Positions 19,791 to 28,939 of a stretch of DNA of 64,000 nt are shown here, in pieces. How positions within the stretch are numbered: the stretch's first letter is position 1; each line of letters opens with the position of its first letter. The notes under the pieces are model-generated. The model saw only the letters and a list, made by a program, of their open reading frames with translations. It was not told the origin of the DNA and searched no databases. The stretch comes from Anaerolineae bacterium (GTDB lineage Bacteria; Chloroflexota; Anaerolineae; Aggregatilineales; Phototrophicaceae): positions 67,612-131,611 of the forward strand of contig JAYRZU010000112.1 in NCBI GenBank assembly GCA_041916315.1, read 5' to 3'. A program made the translations under genes and the position numbers.

Positions 19791-20132
19791 ATGGTAGATA
19801 TAGAACTTCCTATAGTCGTTAGTTCGCCCAATGATATTCTCGTCTTCAAATCTATAAGCGATCTTGTTGCATATCTCGAACCGATTGACATTGAAAACCA
19901 CATGTATAAGGCGTGCTACGATAGCAAAGGGAGATTGTTAGGGCTGTTTGTAAAGAATGATGCTCATAACCATTCACGGCTGATAGTAGAGTTGATGGAA
20001 GATACGCCACAGCATTTAGAGGAACTGATGGGGGTACTGCAAAAGTTCCTATTTGCAGTTGGTGTAGATCAAACTTGGTTATCTCAAGCATCTCTCGAAC
20101 AACTGATCTTTAGAGCAATTGAACACCAATAG
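19791..20132 (+). CDS. hypothetical protein (AT-rich)
   Basis: 113-aa ORF, low GC, F.S.....YLEPIDIEN..Y...YDS.GRLL motif. Confidence 0.6.
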   Translation: MVDIELPIVVSSPNDILVFKSISDLVAYLEPIDIENHMYKACYDSKGRLLGLFVKNDAHNHSRLIVELMEDTPQHLEELMGVLQKFLFAVGVDQTWLSQASLEQLIFRAIEHQ

Positions 20133-20159
20133 CTTACTCTAGCAATACAGGGATTTTAA

Positions 20160-20861
20160 ATGCAGCAAATCATCACGATGGGCGGCGGCGGGTTTTCGAT
20201 GGAACCGGACAACCTCGCCTTAGATCGCTATGTCCTCCAGCAAACGACCGTCGAGCGTCCGAAAGTCTGCTTCCTGTCCCAGGCCAGCGGCGAAGCGCGC
20301 GACTATATCATCAACTTCTACAACGCCTTCACGCAGTTGAACGCGATCCCGTCACATCTGTCGCTGTTTCAGCCGCACACCAAAGATATTGAAGACTACC
20401 TGATGAGCCAGCACGTGATCTACGTGGGCGGCGGCAACACCAAGTCGATGCTGGCGCTGTGGCGGGAGTGGGGACTGGATCGCATTTTGCGGCAGGCGGG
20501 CGACGCGGGGATCGTGCTAGCGGGGATCAGCGCGGGGTGCATCTGCTGGTTTGAGCAGGGGAGCACGGATTCGATTCCCGGCGCGCTGACTCTGCTGCCC
20601 TGCCTCGGCTACCTCAAGGGCGCATGCTCGCCGCACTACGATGGCGAAGTGAATCGGCGTCCGACCTATCACACGCTGATCGGCTCCGGGGAGATGATCG
20701 CGGGCGTCGCCTACGATGATGGCGCGGCGGGGCATTACATCGACGGGGAGCTGGTGCGCGTGGTCAGCTCGCGCCCGAACGCGAAGGGCTACAAGGTCGA
20801 ACGGACGGCGGACGGCAGCATCAGCGAGACGGTCATGGAGACGCAGTACTTGCTGGCATAG
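20160..20861 (+). CDS. peptidase E (family S51, class I GATase-like)
   Basis: IYVGGGNT, GISAG nucleophile elbow, SPHYD. Confidence 0.9.
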   Translation: MQQIITMGGGGFSMEPDNLALDRYVLQQTTVERPKVCFLSQASGEARDYIINFYNAFTQLNAIPSHLSLFQPHTKDIEDYLMSQHVIYVGGGNTKSMLALWREWGLDRILRQAGDAGIVLAGISAGCICWFEQGSTDSIPGALTLLPCLGYLKGACSPHYDGEVNRRPTYHTLIGSGEMIAGVAYDDGAAGHYIDGELVRVVSSRPNAKGYKVERTADGSISETVMETQYLLA

Positions 20862-20867
20862 TCCGGC

Positions 20868-21035
20868 GCAGGGATGCGATTTATCGCGTCCGCTGTTTCC
20901 GACCCCACCCCCGGCCCCTCCCCGAATTCAGGGAGGGGAGACAGCAGACGCGCCGTGCCTCCCCTCTCCCCGCTTGCGTGGGAGAGGGGTTGGGGGTGAG
21001 GGGCTTTTTAGACACCCTCTTTATCGCGTCCGCTT
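20868..21035. repeat. REP, CCCC/GGGG hairpin core, MITE end (TTTTTAGACACCCTC) and half REP
   Basis: Reverse complement resembles 60049-60170. Confidence 0.7.
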
Positions 21036-21076
21036 GTCCTAAATCCATCTATCGATGTGCTGAGGCAGATGAGCGC

Positions 21077-21541
21077 ATGAAGAAATCCAAGTTTTCGCTT
21101 GTTCCGCACAAAGCCTACTTTTTGGAGCTGGTCGAACACACCGATCAGAAGGTGTTGGCGGCCTGGGCGATTGAGTGTGCCGAACGCGTGCTGCCCTACT
21201 TTGAACAGCATGCCCCGCAGGATCACCGCCCGCAGAACGCGCTCGCCACGCTGCAAACGTGGATCGACACGGGCGTTTTCAAAATGGCGGTGATCCGGGG
21301 CGCGTCGCTCGGGTCGCATGCGGCGGCACGTGAGGTCGGGGAGGATAACGCGGCGCGTTCCGCTGCCCGCGCGGCTGGTCAGGCGGTGGCGACTGCTCAT
21401 GTCCCTGTGCATGCCATCGGTGCGGCGATCTATGCTTTGCAGGCGATTTACCGAGCTACCGCTGAAGATGCCGAGGCCGAGGCTATGGTTATGCGCGAAC
21501 GGGATTGGCAGTATCAGCGCCTGTTGGAGTTGAGACAGTGA
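21077..21541 (+). CDS. putative immunity protein (Imm5-like)
   Basis: LAAWAIECAERVL..FE...P.D.RP..A, AARAAGQAVATAHV..HA, ERDWQ. Confidence 0.7.
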   Translation: MKKSKFSLVPHKAYFLELVEHTDQKVLAAWAIECAERVLPYFEQHAPQDHRPQNALATLQTWIDTGVFKMAVIRGASLGSHAAAREVGEDNAARSAARAAGQAVATAHVPVHAIGAAIYALQAIYRATAEDAEAEAMVMRERDWQYQRLLELRQ

Positions 21542-21620
21542 TAGCCGCGAGACATAAAACAGGCGATCCACCCTCGGATCGCCCGTCTTTTGCTTATGGC
21601 TAAGGGCTAACGGCTAACCG

Positions 21621-22631
21621 TTACGCCATCGGCTTGCTGTGTTCGAGCAGCAGTAGTTCGCTGCGGCGGCGCAGATAGCTGCGCGGCGTGGGCGGCGGAT
21701 TCTCCGCGTAGTAACGTAGAATGCGTTCCAGATACTCGCGCACGGGCGTGTAAGTCATGCCGAGCTCGGTTTTGCTGCGCGTGTTGTCGAGTTCGCTCAT
21801 CCAGCGCTCGCTGAACGGTGAGCAGTCCGGCAGGAAGCCGTTCGCTTCCAGCAGATCGCGCTTCAGGCGCACGACCTGCGGCTGCACGCCCATCAGGTCG
21901 CCCACGATGCCGAGGAACTCTTCGAGCGTCAGCGTTTCGTCCTGCGAGATGTTGTAGACCTGCCCCTTGCCCTTGCCCGTCTCGATCAGCAGCAGCAGGG
22001 CGCGGATCACGTCGCCGCCGTAGATGTGGCGCAGCGGGAAGTTCGGCGTGGAGGGCGCGAGGATCGGATCGCCGTCGTTGAGGCGCAGCACGTAGTTGTA
22101 CAGTCGGTTGAAGTGATCGCGCTCGCTGTTGACCATCGGCAGGCGCAGCGAGGTATACGGGAACTTGTTCGTTTCCCACGCTTTATGCAGCGCATCTTCG
22201 ACTCGGCGCTTATCCACGCCGTACAGCCATTCTTCGTAGCCGTAGGTGTTCGGCTTGGGCGCGGGCATCAGCCGACCAGCGTACTGGTCTTCGGTGAAGG
22301 GCCGCGCCGCCCCTTCGCGCACGAGATACACCTGTCCGCTGCTCAAAAAGAGGTAATGCCCCACGCGCCCTTTGAGCAGCGCGGCGATCTCTTCGGCCTC
22401 TTCCTGCTTGTAGAGCGCGTTGTCGATCACCACGTCGAAGGACTTGCCGTCCAGCGCCCGCGCCAACTGCTGCTTCTTCGTTCGGTCACCGCGCAGCCGT
22501 TCCACCTGTTCCGGGAGTTCATCACGCGTCAGCCCGCGGTTGAACACCGAGACGCGGTGTCCCTGCGCAATCAACTGATGCACGAGCAGATGGCCGAGGT
22601 TGCGAGTGCCGCCAATCACAAGAATATTCAT
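21621..22631 (-). CDS. NAD-dependent epimerase/dehydratase family protein
   Basis: ILVIGGTRNLG, FLSSGQVY, YGVDK (YxxxK). Confidence 0.88.
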   Translation of the reverse strand: MNILVIGGTRNLGHLLVHQLIAQGHRVSVFNRGLTRDELPEQVERLRGDRTKKQQLARALDGKSFDVVIDNALYKQEEAEEIAALLKGRVGHYLFLSSGQVYLVREGAARPFTEDQYAGRLMPAPKPNTYGYEEWLYGVDKRRVEDALHKAWETNKFPYTSLRLPMVNSERDHFNRLYNYVLRLNDGDPILAPSTPNFPLRHIYGGDVIRALLLLIETGKGKGQVYNISQDETLTLEEFLGIVGDLMGVQPQVVRLKRDLLEANGFLPDCSPFSERWMSELDNTRSKTELGMTYTPVREYLERILRYYAENPPPTPRSYLRRRSELLLLEHSKPMA

Positions 22632-22767
22632 AGAGGGTGATGGCGCTTAGGCGCGCCGTGTCCTTTCACCAATCGTCAAAATCTGCCCTAACTATACCAT
22701 TGGACGGAGGTTATCGGCATGGGACTTGCTGTACACTATGCACGACGAACTACAATGAGGAGAGGGT

Positions 22768-23814
22768 ATGCGCTATCAACTACTCGGCAAAAGTGGACTT
22801 CGCGTCTCGGAACTGTGCCTTGGCACGATGACCTTTGGCGATACGTGGGGCTGGGGCGCGTCGAAAGAGGTCAGCCGCCAGATGTTCGACCTGTTCGCGG
22901 AGGCGGGCGGCAACTACATCGACAGTTCGGTCAACTACACCGATGGCACAGCAGAAACCCTGCTTGGTGAGTTTTTGCAGGGGCGGCGCGATCAGTTTGT
23001 GGTCACGACCAAGTACACGCTCACCAAACCCGATTCGACCGATCCCAATTCTGGCGGCAACAGCCGCAAAAACATGATGAAATCGGTCGAGCGCAGCCTC
23101 AAGCATTTGCAGATCGAGAGCATCGACGTGTACTACCTACACATGTGGGACTACATGACGCCCGTCGAAGAAGTGATGCGCGGGCTGGATGATCTGGTGG
23201 CGCAGGGCAAAATTCAGTACGTGGCGATCAGCGATTCGCCCGCCTACATCGTGTCGGCGGCCAACATGCTGGCGGAACTGCGCGGGTGGGCGCGTTTCGT
23301 CGGCCTGCAAGTGCCGTACTCGCTGCTCAGCCGCTCGATTGAGCGCGAACTGCTGCCTATGTCGCGTTACTGGGATATGGCAGTCATGCCGTGGGGCTTG
23401 CTCAACGGCGGCGTGCTGACGGGCAAGTTCCTGAGCGAAGTCAGCGAGCCGACGCGCGTGAATCCCGAACACCTCAAGCTGAGCGAACAGGCCATGAGCA
23501 TCGTCAAAGAGGTGCAGGCTATCGCGCAGGAATGCGAGCGCCCGATGTCGCAGGTGGCGATCAACTGGATTCGCCAGCAGACGCACAAAGCGCAGATCAT
23601 CCCGATTATCGGCGCGCGCAGTGTGGCGCAATTGCAGGACAACCTCGCCGTGCTCGACTGGTCGCTGACGCCAGAGCAGTTAGAGCGGCTGGAGAAGGTC
23701 AGCGCGATTGACATGGGCTTCCCCTATGGTTTCAACTACGGCAATCCGTATGCTTACGGCAAGACCTTTTCCAAGATCGACAATCATCACCGGGGACAAA
23801 TTCTGAAATACTAG
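22768..23814 (+). CDS. aldo/keto reductase
   Basis: LGKSGLRVSELCLGTMTFG, TKY, IDVYYLHMWD, IPIIGAR. Confidence 0.93.
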   Translation: MRYQLLGKSGLRVSELCLGTMTFGDTWGWGASKEVSRQMFDLFAEAGGNYIDSSVNYTDGTAETLLGEFLQGRRDQFVVTTKYTLTKPDSTDPNSGGNSRKNMMKSVERSLKHLQIESIDVYYLHMWDYMTPVEEVMRGLDDLVAQGKIQYVAISDSPAYIVSAANMLAELRGWARFVGLQVPYSLLSRSIERELLPMSRYWDMAVMPWGLLNGGVLTGKFLSEVSEPTRVNPEHLKLSEQAMSIVKEVQAIAQECERPMSQVAINWIRQQTHKAQIIPIIGARSVAQLQDNLAVLDWSLTPEQLERLEKVSAIDMGFPYGFNYGNPYAYGKTFSKIDNHHRGQILKY

Positions 23815-23832
23815 GTTAAGGAATGTTCTCAG

Positions 23833-23890
23833 GTAGGGGCAGACCAATGTGTCTGCCCAGTTTCGGGCGCACACACAGGTGCGCCCCTAC
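23833..23890. repeat. inverted REP pair
   Basis: gtaggggcagaccaatgtgtctgccc ... gggcgcacacacaggtgcgcccctac. Confidence 0.8.
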
Positions 23891-23942
23891 AATCGTCTGG
23901 AATTTTCCTGCAAGCAACACCAACTCGAAAGCGAGGCCGCTG

Positions 23943-24803
23943 ATGGCCGCTGATTTAGCTCAGTTAGCCGCGTTTTTCGCCGCGCATCCGCAGGGATTCG
24001 CCAATCTCGTCGATCTGCCTTACCGTCTGGCGTCGTGGTCGCTGGAAGACCCGGCGAATGTGCGCGTATGGGAGCGTGACGGCGAACTGCAAGCCGTCGC
24101 CATGCTGCAAATGCCGTGGTTCACGCTCGACTATACCTTTGCGCTGGGCGCCGATCATTTGCTGCCGGAGATCCTCACGTGGGGGATAGAGCGCATGACG
24201 GCCATCGCCCACGAGCGCGCCGACGAACTGCCGCTCGTCGTCTATCTGTCGCCGGAACGCGCCGCGCACATCCCGGTGGTGGAAGCGCACGGCTTCCAGC
24301 ATGACGCCGATTGGGATATCGTGCACCTCGCCCGTCCGCTCGACACGCCGATCCCGCCTGTCCCGCTGCCGGAGGGTTTCGCGGTGCGTCCGATGAACGG
24401 GCAGGTCGAGGCGTATGTCGACCTGCACCAGACGGCGTTCGGCTCGAAGAATATGCGTGAAAGCTGGCGCGCCCGCACGCTGACCATGCCGACGTATCGC
24501 CCCGATCTCGACCTGTTCATCGTCGATCCGACGGATCGGCCGGTGGCGTTTTGCATCGTGTGGCAGCTTGGCGACGAGGGTCAGGTCGAACCGCTCGGCG
24601 TGCATCCCGATTTTCAGCGCTTAGGGTTGGGACGCGCAGTGCTGCTCGAAGGGCTGCGGCGCTTACAGGCGCACGGCGCGACCCGCGCCACCATCCACAG
24701 CTATAAACAGAACGATCCGGCGCTGGCCCTGTATCAGCGACCGGATAACGGTGACTTCCGCCCGGAATACGACGTGACCGCCTATGTGCGAAATTGCCGG
24801 TAA
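23943..24803 (+). CDS. GNAT family acetyltransferase
   Basis: EPLGVHPDFQRLGLGRAVL, N.PALALY. Confidence 0.85.
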   Translation: MAADLAQLAAFFAAHPQGFANLVDLPYRLASWSLEDPANVRVWERDGELQAVAMLQMPWFTLDYTFALGADHLLPEILTWGIERMTAIAHERADELPLVVYLSPERAAHIPVVEAHGFQHDADWDIVHLARPLDTPIPPVPLPEGFAVRPMNGQVEAYVDLHQTAFGSKNMRESWRARTLTMPTYRPDLDLFIVDPTDRPVAFCIVWQLGDEGQVEPLGVHPDFQRLGLGRAVLLEGLRRLQAHGATRATIHSYKQNDPALALYQRPDNGDFRPEYDVTAYVRNCR

Positions 24804-24844
24804 GCCGGACCAAAACGCCGTTGTAGGGATAAGGTGCTGTTCAC

Positions 24845-24950
24845 CCCTCACCCCCAACCCCTCTCCCACGCAAGCGGGGAGAGGGGAGACATTGCAAGCG
24901 ATGTTTGCTCCCCTCCCTGAATTCGAGGAGGGGCCGGGGGTGGGGTCGGA
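24845..24950. repeat. CCCTCACCCC/GGGAGAGGGG bipartite hairpin repeat
   Basis: cccctcacccccaacccctctcccacgcaagcggggagagggg ... cccctccctgaattcgaggaggggccgggggtggggt. Confidence 0.8.
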
Positions 24951-24959
24951 AATAGGTGG

Positions 24960-25439
24960 CTACGCCTCTTCGCGGAAATAGTCGCGCAGCGGGTCGAGCA
25001 GCGGCAGGCCGATCATCAGGATGGCCACGCCGTACATCACCAACTGGATGGGCGCGAAGGCTGGGTAGAAGATCACCTGATACGTCAGCCAGATCATGAG
25101 CACAAAGCCGAGCAGCAGCGACGTATCCCATGCCCAGAATTCGTGCGTCCAGTGGCTGACGAGCGTGTCATAGGGCAAACGCGCCCGCGTCCATAACCCG
25201 TACACGCTGAGCACACCGCCGAAGCCATACACAAACATCAGAATATAGCCGGGGAGCGTGTAATCGCGGAACGGCGTGCGTTCCAACGCGCTGAGCGGCA
25301 TGTTCATGCTGCTGCCGGTGGGGTCGTTGATGAGCTGGATACCGCCGAAAATGCCGCCAAAGGCGGTGAAGAGGAGCACTGCGGAGAGCAGCACGAGTAA
25401 TAAGAACGGTCGCCGTGAACGTTGGGTGGTCATCGCCAT
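24960..25439 (-). CDS. hypothetical four-TM membrane protein
   Basis: GG..LI.DPTG...MP...L..TPF.DY.LPG motif and four hydrophobic segments. Confidence 0.75.
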   Translation of the reverse strand: MAMTTQRSRRPFLLLVLLSAVLLFTAFGGIFGGIQLINDPTGSSMNMPLSALERTPFRDYTLPGYILMFVYGFGGVLSVYGLWTRARLPYDTLVSHWTHEFWAWDTSLLLGFVLMIWLTYQVIFYPAFAPIQLVMYGVAILMIGLPLLDPLRDYFREEA

Positions 25440-25574
25440 CACTCCCGGAGAAACCAATTTTCTCTTGATTGTGGCACGCTTCGGCGTGGGGGATGAGTAG
25501 CAGCGGTCACATCGGCAGTAGATGAATGTCATGTAGGGCAAGCTCAAGCGATGTCTTTATGGGGGTGTGATTCA

Positions 25575-25871
25575 GAGGGTGTCCAATCAGGGCGTCACCT
25601 GTAGGGACGAGGCATGCCGCGTCCTAATTTCTAGAAACGCATACCGACGACAAGGCATGAGCGTATTTCACAATTGGTGAAGATGCTGAACTCACCCCCA
25701 ACCCCTCTCCTAGAGGAGAGGGGAGACAGGCAGGGTTTTTAAGTCCCCTCGCCCTTGGGAGAGGGGATTTAGCGGTGAGGTTAGACAAAATACCAATTCA
25801 CAAATAGCCTCATGCCTTGTCCCTACAAAAACCCGCTCATCAAGATGACTGTGTGCCTTTTAGACAGCCTC
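25575..25871. mobile_element. MITE-like element (GAGGGTGTCCAA...TTAGACAGCCTC) with TTCA direct flanks, containing a nested second MITE
   Basis: ttca|gagggtgtccaat ... ttagacagcctc|ttca; inner element at 25659-25811. Confidence 0.7.
25659..25811. mobile_element. nested MITE-like element (GAGCGTATTTCACAATTGGT...ACCAATTCACAAATAGCCTC) splitting a REP at its CATG centre
   Basis: gacaaggcat|gag...ctc|atgccttgtccctac; related ends at 52434 and about 40215. Confidence 0.7.
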
Positions 25872-25990
25872 TTCATCGCGTCCGCTGCAAAAGACGGACG
25901 CGCCGTTACGCGTCCCTATACCGAATCGTATGTGTGAATCAAAAAGGGCGAACACACCGGTTCGCCCCTACCAACTACAATTCGTCACGC

Positions 25991-27124
25991 CTATCGATTC
26001 AAGCTCATCGGCATGATGACGCTCACAAAGTCGTCGCGCCCTTCGGGGCGAATGACGCCGGGATGCGCCGCGCCGTTGCTCTCCAGAATCACCCGCTCGC
26101 TGTCGACCACATTCAGCACGTCGATCAGGTAGCGGATGTTGAAGGCCACCTCCATCGATTCGCCTTCGACCGCCGCGTCGATCATGCCTTCGTTGTCGCC
26201 GCGTTCCGCGCTGCGCCCCACGATCATCACTTCGCCGGGTTCGCTGGGACTGTTGGCGGGCTTGATGAAGATGCGCGCGCTGAAGTTGCTGTCGCGCGCG
26301 AAGATTTCGGCGCGTTTACACTGCTTGAGCAGTTCGTCGGTGTACACCGTCATGGCAGTGCTGTACGTCTTGGGGATAATCGCGCCGAAGTCGGGGAATT
26401 TGCCTTCCAGCAATTGCGACGTGATCACCGTGCTTTCGTAGTAGAACATCACGCCGTCGCGGCCTTCGGGCAGCGTAATGCCGATCTCTTTGTCCTCGTC
26501 GGTGATCACGCGGGCGACTTCCGCCATCGTCTTGGCGGGAATGACCATCACGCGATTTTTCGGCACGCGTTCGTCGAGGCGCGCGGTGCGCACGGCGAGG
26601 CGATAGCCATCTGCCGACGCCATCGTGATCACGTCGCCGGAGAATTCGGTGTACAGCCCGGTGAGGATCGGGCGGGCTTCTTCGCGCGCCGCCGCATACA
26701 CCGTTTGCATGATCATCGCCTTGAAGGTTTTGGCGGGCAGCACGACGTCCGGGTCCTGGCTTTCGGGCACGGGTGGGAATTCGGTCGCGGCGATGCCCTT
26801 GATGTTGGAATTGGTCGTGCCACAGCGCACATTGACGGTTTGCGTCGCGGTGTCGAGCGTGAGATCGACGCGCTCCGGCGACAGATTGTTCACGAGTTCG
26901 GCGAAGGTTTTGGCGGGCAGCGTGATTGCGCCGGGGCGATCCACTTTAGCGCCGATGTAAGTGGTGATGCTCATCTCAAGATTGGTCGCGACGAGCTTCA
27001 ACCGGGCGTCCTCAGTCATGAGCAGGACGTTCGCCAGTACGGGCAGTGTCGGGCGCGAATCGACCGCCTTGCTAACAATACTTAACCCTCTGGCAAGCTG
27101 ATCTTGTAAAATCGAAACGCGCAT
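25991..27124 (-). CDS. dnaN: DNA polymerase III beta sliding clamp
   Basis: LPVLANVL, ATNLE, ARPILTG, ADGYRLA, GKFPD, VIMPM. Confidence 0.97.
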   Translation of the reverse strand: MRVSILQDQLARGLSIVSKAVDSRPTLPVLANVLLMTEDARLKLVATNLEMSITTYIGAKVDRPGAITLPAKTFAELVNNLSPERVDLTLDTATQTVNVRCGTTNSNIKGIAATEFPPVPESQDPDVVLPAKTFKAMIMQTVYAAAREEARPILTGLYTEFSGDVITMASADGYRLAVRTARLDERVPKNRVMVIPAKTMAEVARVITDEDKEIGITLPEGRDGVMFYYESTVITSQLLEGKFPDFGAIIPKTYSTAMTVYTDELLKQCKRAEIFARDSNFSARIFIKPANSPSEPGEVMIVGRSAERGDNEGMIDAAVEGESMEVAFNIRYLIDVLNVVDSERVILESNGAAHPGVIRPEGRDDFVSVIMPMSLNR

Positions 27125-27342
27125 GTGCGCTCTGCTCCGGTCTGTTGAGTTGAAAATTTGTATGAATTATAGCCAAATTACGGGAAATTTGCACGCGTCG
27201 TGCCCGCCCGCTCTCAGACGATCTGTCCAACTCACCGCTGGGCAGCCTGCCGAACAAACGGCGTGCGCGTTACTCCAAAAGATCTATATCCCATTCGTGC
27301 ATTATGGATTATAGTTTGCGCGGCACAGGGACGGAGACCAGC

Positions 27343-27984
27343 ATGCAGTTCGTCATTGAAGGCGTAGTACGCGATTTCACGCCGATCAAGCAGTTTCGGC
27401 AGACCTATGAACTTCCGCCGACGTTCGGCGTCAACCTGTTCGAACCGAAAGATTACACCGGGTTGGGCAGCATCGAAAACGCGGGCGCGGAGTTGAACGT
27501 CGTGCGCGCCGCCCTGCTGGAAGCGATCCGCACGCCGCGCCCGCTCAGCGCATGGATGACCGAAGTTACCGACCTCGCCAGCTTGTTTCGCAGTAAACTC
27601 CTCCAGATCAATCCCGTCGTACACCTCAAAGAGATCGAGATCGACTTCGCGACGGCGGGCATGCACGACATGCTGCAAGCCCTGATCTACGATCTCATCC
27701 GCGCGCGGGCGTCGCACCAAGCGCCACCCCCGTTCGACGCGATCTACGCGAATTGGCTGTACAGTTCCATCAAATTATCCCAAACCGTGCATTTATATCC
27801 CTATGCCGAGCGCGAGGTTTGGGAAATCAATCTCCTGACGCATGTCTACGGGCGCTTTGGCTTGCAGGTGCGCACGCGCGACGGCATGGTCTATGCCTAT
27901 GACCCGGCGCTGGCGTGCCCCGCTATGGGGTACACGGCGACGCTGCTCGGTGACATCGCCGCCGCGATCTATCAGGCGAGCTAA
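27343..27984 (+). CDS. hypothetical protein
   Basis: Long ORF with host-like codon usage and a GGAG RBS. Confidence 0.7.
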   Translation: MQFVIEGVVRDFTPIKQFRQTYELPPTFGVNLFEPKDYTGLGSIENAGAELNVVRAALLEAIRTPRPLSAWMTEVTDLASLFRSKLLQINPVVHLKEIEIDFATAGMHDMLQALIYDLIRARASHQAPPPFDAIYANWLYSSIKLSQTVHLYPYAEREVWEINLLTHVYGRFGLQVRTRDGMVYAYDPALACPAMGYTATLLGDIAAAIYQAS

Positions 27985-27988
27985 GCGT

Positions 27989-28843
27989 TTATTTGTTGTC
28001 CGCGTGGTCGGGATTCAAGTATTCCCACACCTTGACGATCTGATCCGCAATTGGGCGAATGACGTCCATGTCGCCCCAGTAGCGCAGGTGGGAAATCGGC
28101 GTCCACTGCTCCAAGACATTGCCGACGTTGACCTCGCGATCCTCCGTCACGACCTGATTGTACTGATCGTTCAGCGTTTTAAGCGGATACCCCACGACAT
28201 CATCCGGGTCATACAGATTAACCCACTCAGAGGGAATATCGGGGTAGTGGATGCTCAGTTCCGGCGGTGGGAACGTGATCGGTTTGCCGAATTCCGGGTA
28301 GCGCATGCTCCACAGGGCAATCGGGCTGCCCATCGTGTACATCAGCGTGAGCGTTTCGCCGCGTTCCAGCGGTGAAACCGCCATTTGCGCGCGCACTTCA
28401 TCCGAAATCAAATGCTTGTGCTGCAGGTCGTAGAGGTAATTGCTGGTGATGATGGTGCCGAGACTGTGCGCGATCACACACAGCGGAACTTCTGGCCCGG
28501 CTTCGACCGCCAGTTCGCGCAGCGTACGCGCAAATACCGCGTGGATCGCATCGTAGACCGTACGGTCAAAGGGCGTGATCTGGTAAGCGATAGCGTCGGC
28601 GATGAAGTCGATCATGAAGCCGCGCAGCCGGGGAAAGCGCAGCGTGCCCCCTTCGACCACCCGTGAGATCAGCCGCGTTTCTTCGCCCTGCAGCACGGGC
28701 GACCAGTGAATCGGACGGATGATGACATCCGCGCCTGTTATGGGACTGCATAGGCGGGTGATTTCGTCAATCAAGGAGTCAGCGAAGTCGGCGGGTGGTT
28801 TGCCGATGCCGTGAATGATCACCACTGCGATCTTCTGAGTCAT
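27989..28843 (-). CDS. alpha/beta-hydrolase-fold protein
   Basis: IHGIG oxyanion motif, AHSLG nucleophile, TMGSP, D.DD.VG, SH..YW. Confidence 0.8.
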   Translation of the reverse strand: MTQKIAVVIIHGIGKPPADFADSLIDEITRLCSPITGADVIIRPIHWSPVLQGEETRLISRVVEGGTLRFPRLRGFMIDFIADAIAYQITPFDRTVYDAIHAVFARTLRELAVEAGPEVPLCVIAHSLGTIITSNYLYDLQHKHLISDEVRAQMAVSPLERGETLTLMYTMGSPIALWSMRYPEFGKPITFPPPELSIHYPDIPSEWVNLYDPDDVVGYPLKTLNDQYNQVVTEDREVNVGNVLEQWTPISHLRYWGDMDVIRPIADQIVKVWEYLNPDHADNK

Positions 28844-28939
28844 GGTTTTCCCCCTAACGTCTTTCCTTCAGTATATGCGGTTATGGGTCGAAAGCGGTAT
28901 TATCACGCGACGTTGTACGTATTGACGAAGGACATCAAC

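Noticed and set aside
20978-21076. ORF extensions reading through repeats (also 23823-23942 and 46590-46655)
   Set aside because: Translations such as GEGLGVR derive from repeats or terminators; better starts lie downstream.
27125-27340. oriC near dnaN
   Set aside because: No cluster of TTATCCACA boxes and no dnaA nearby.
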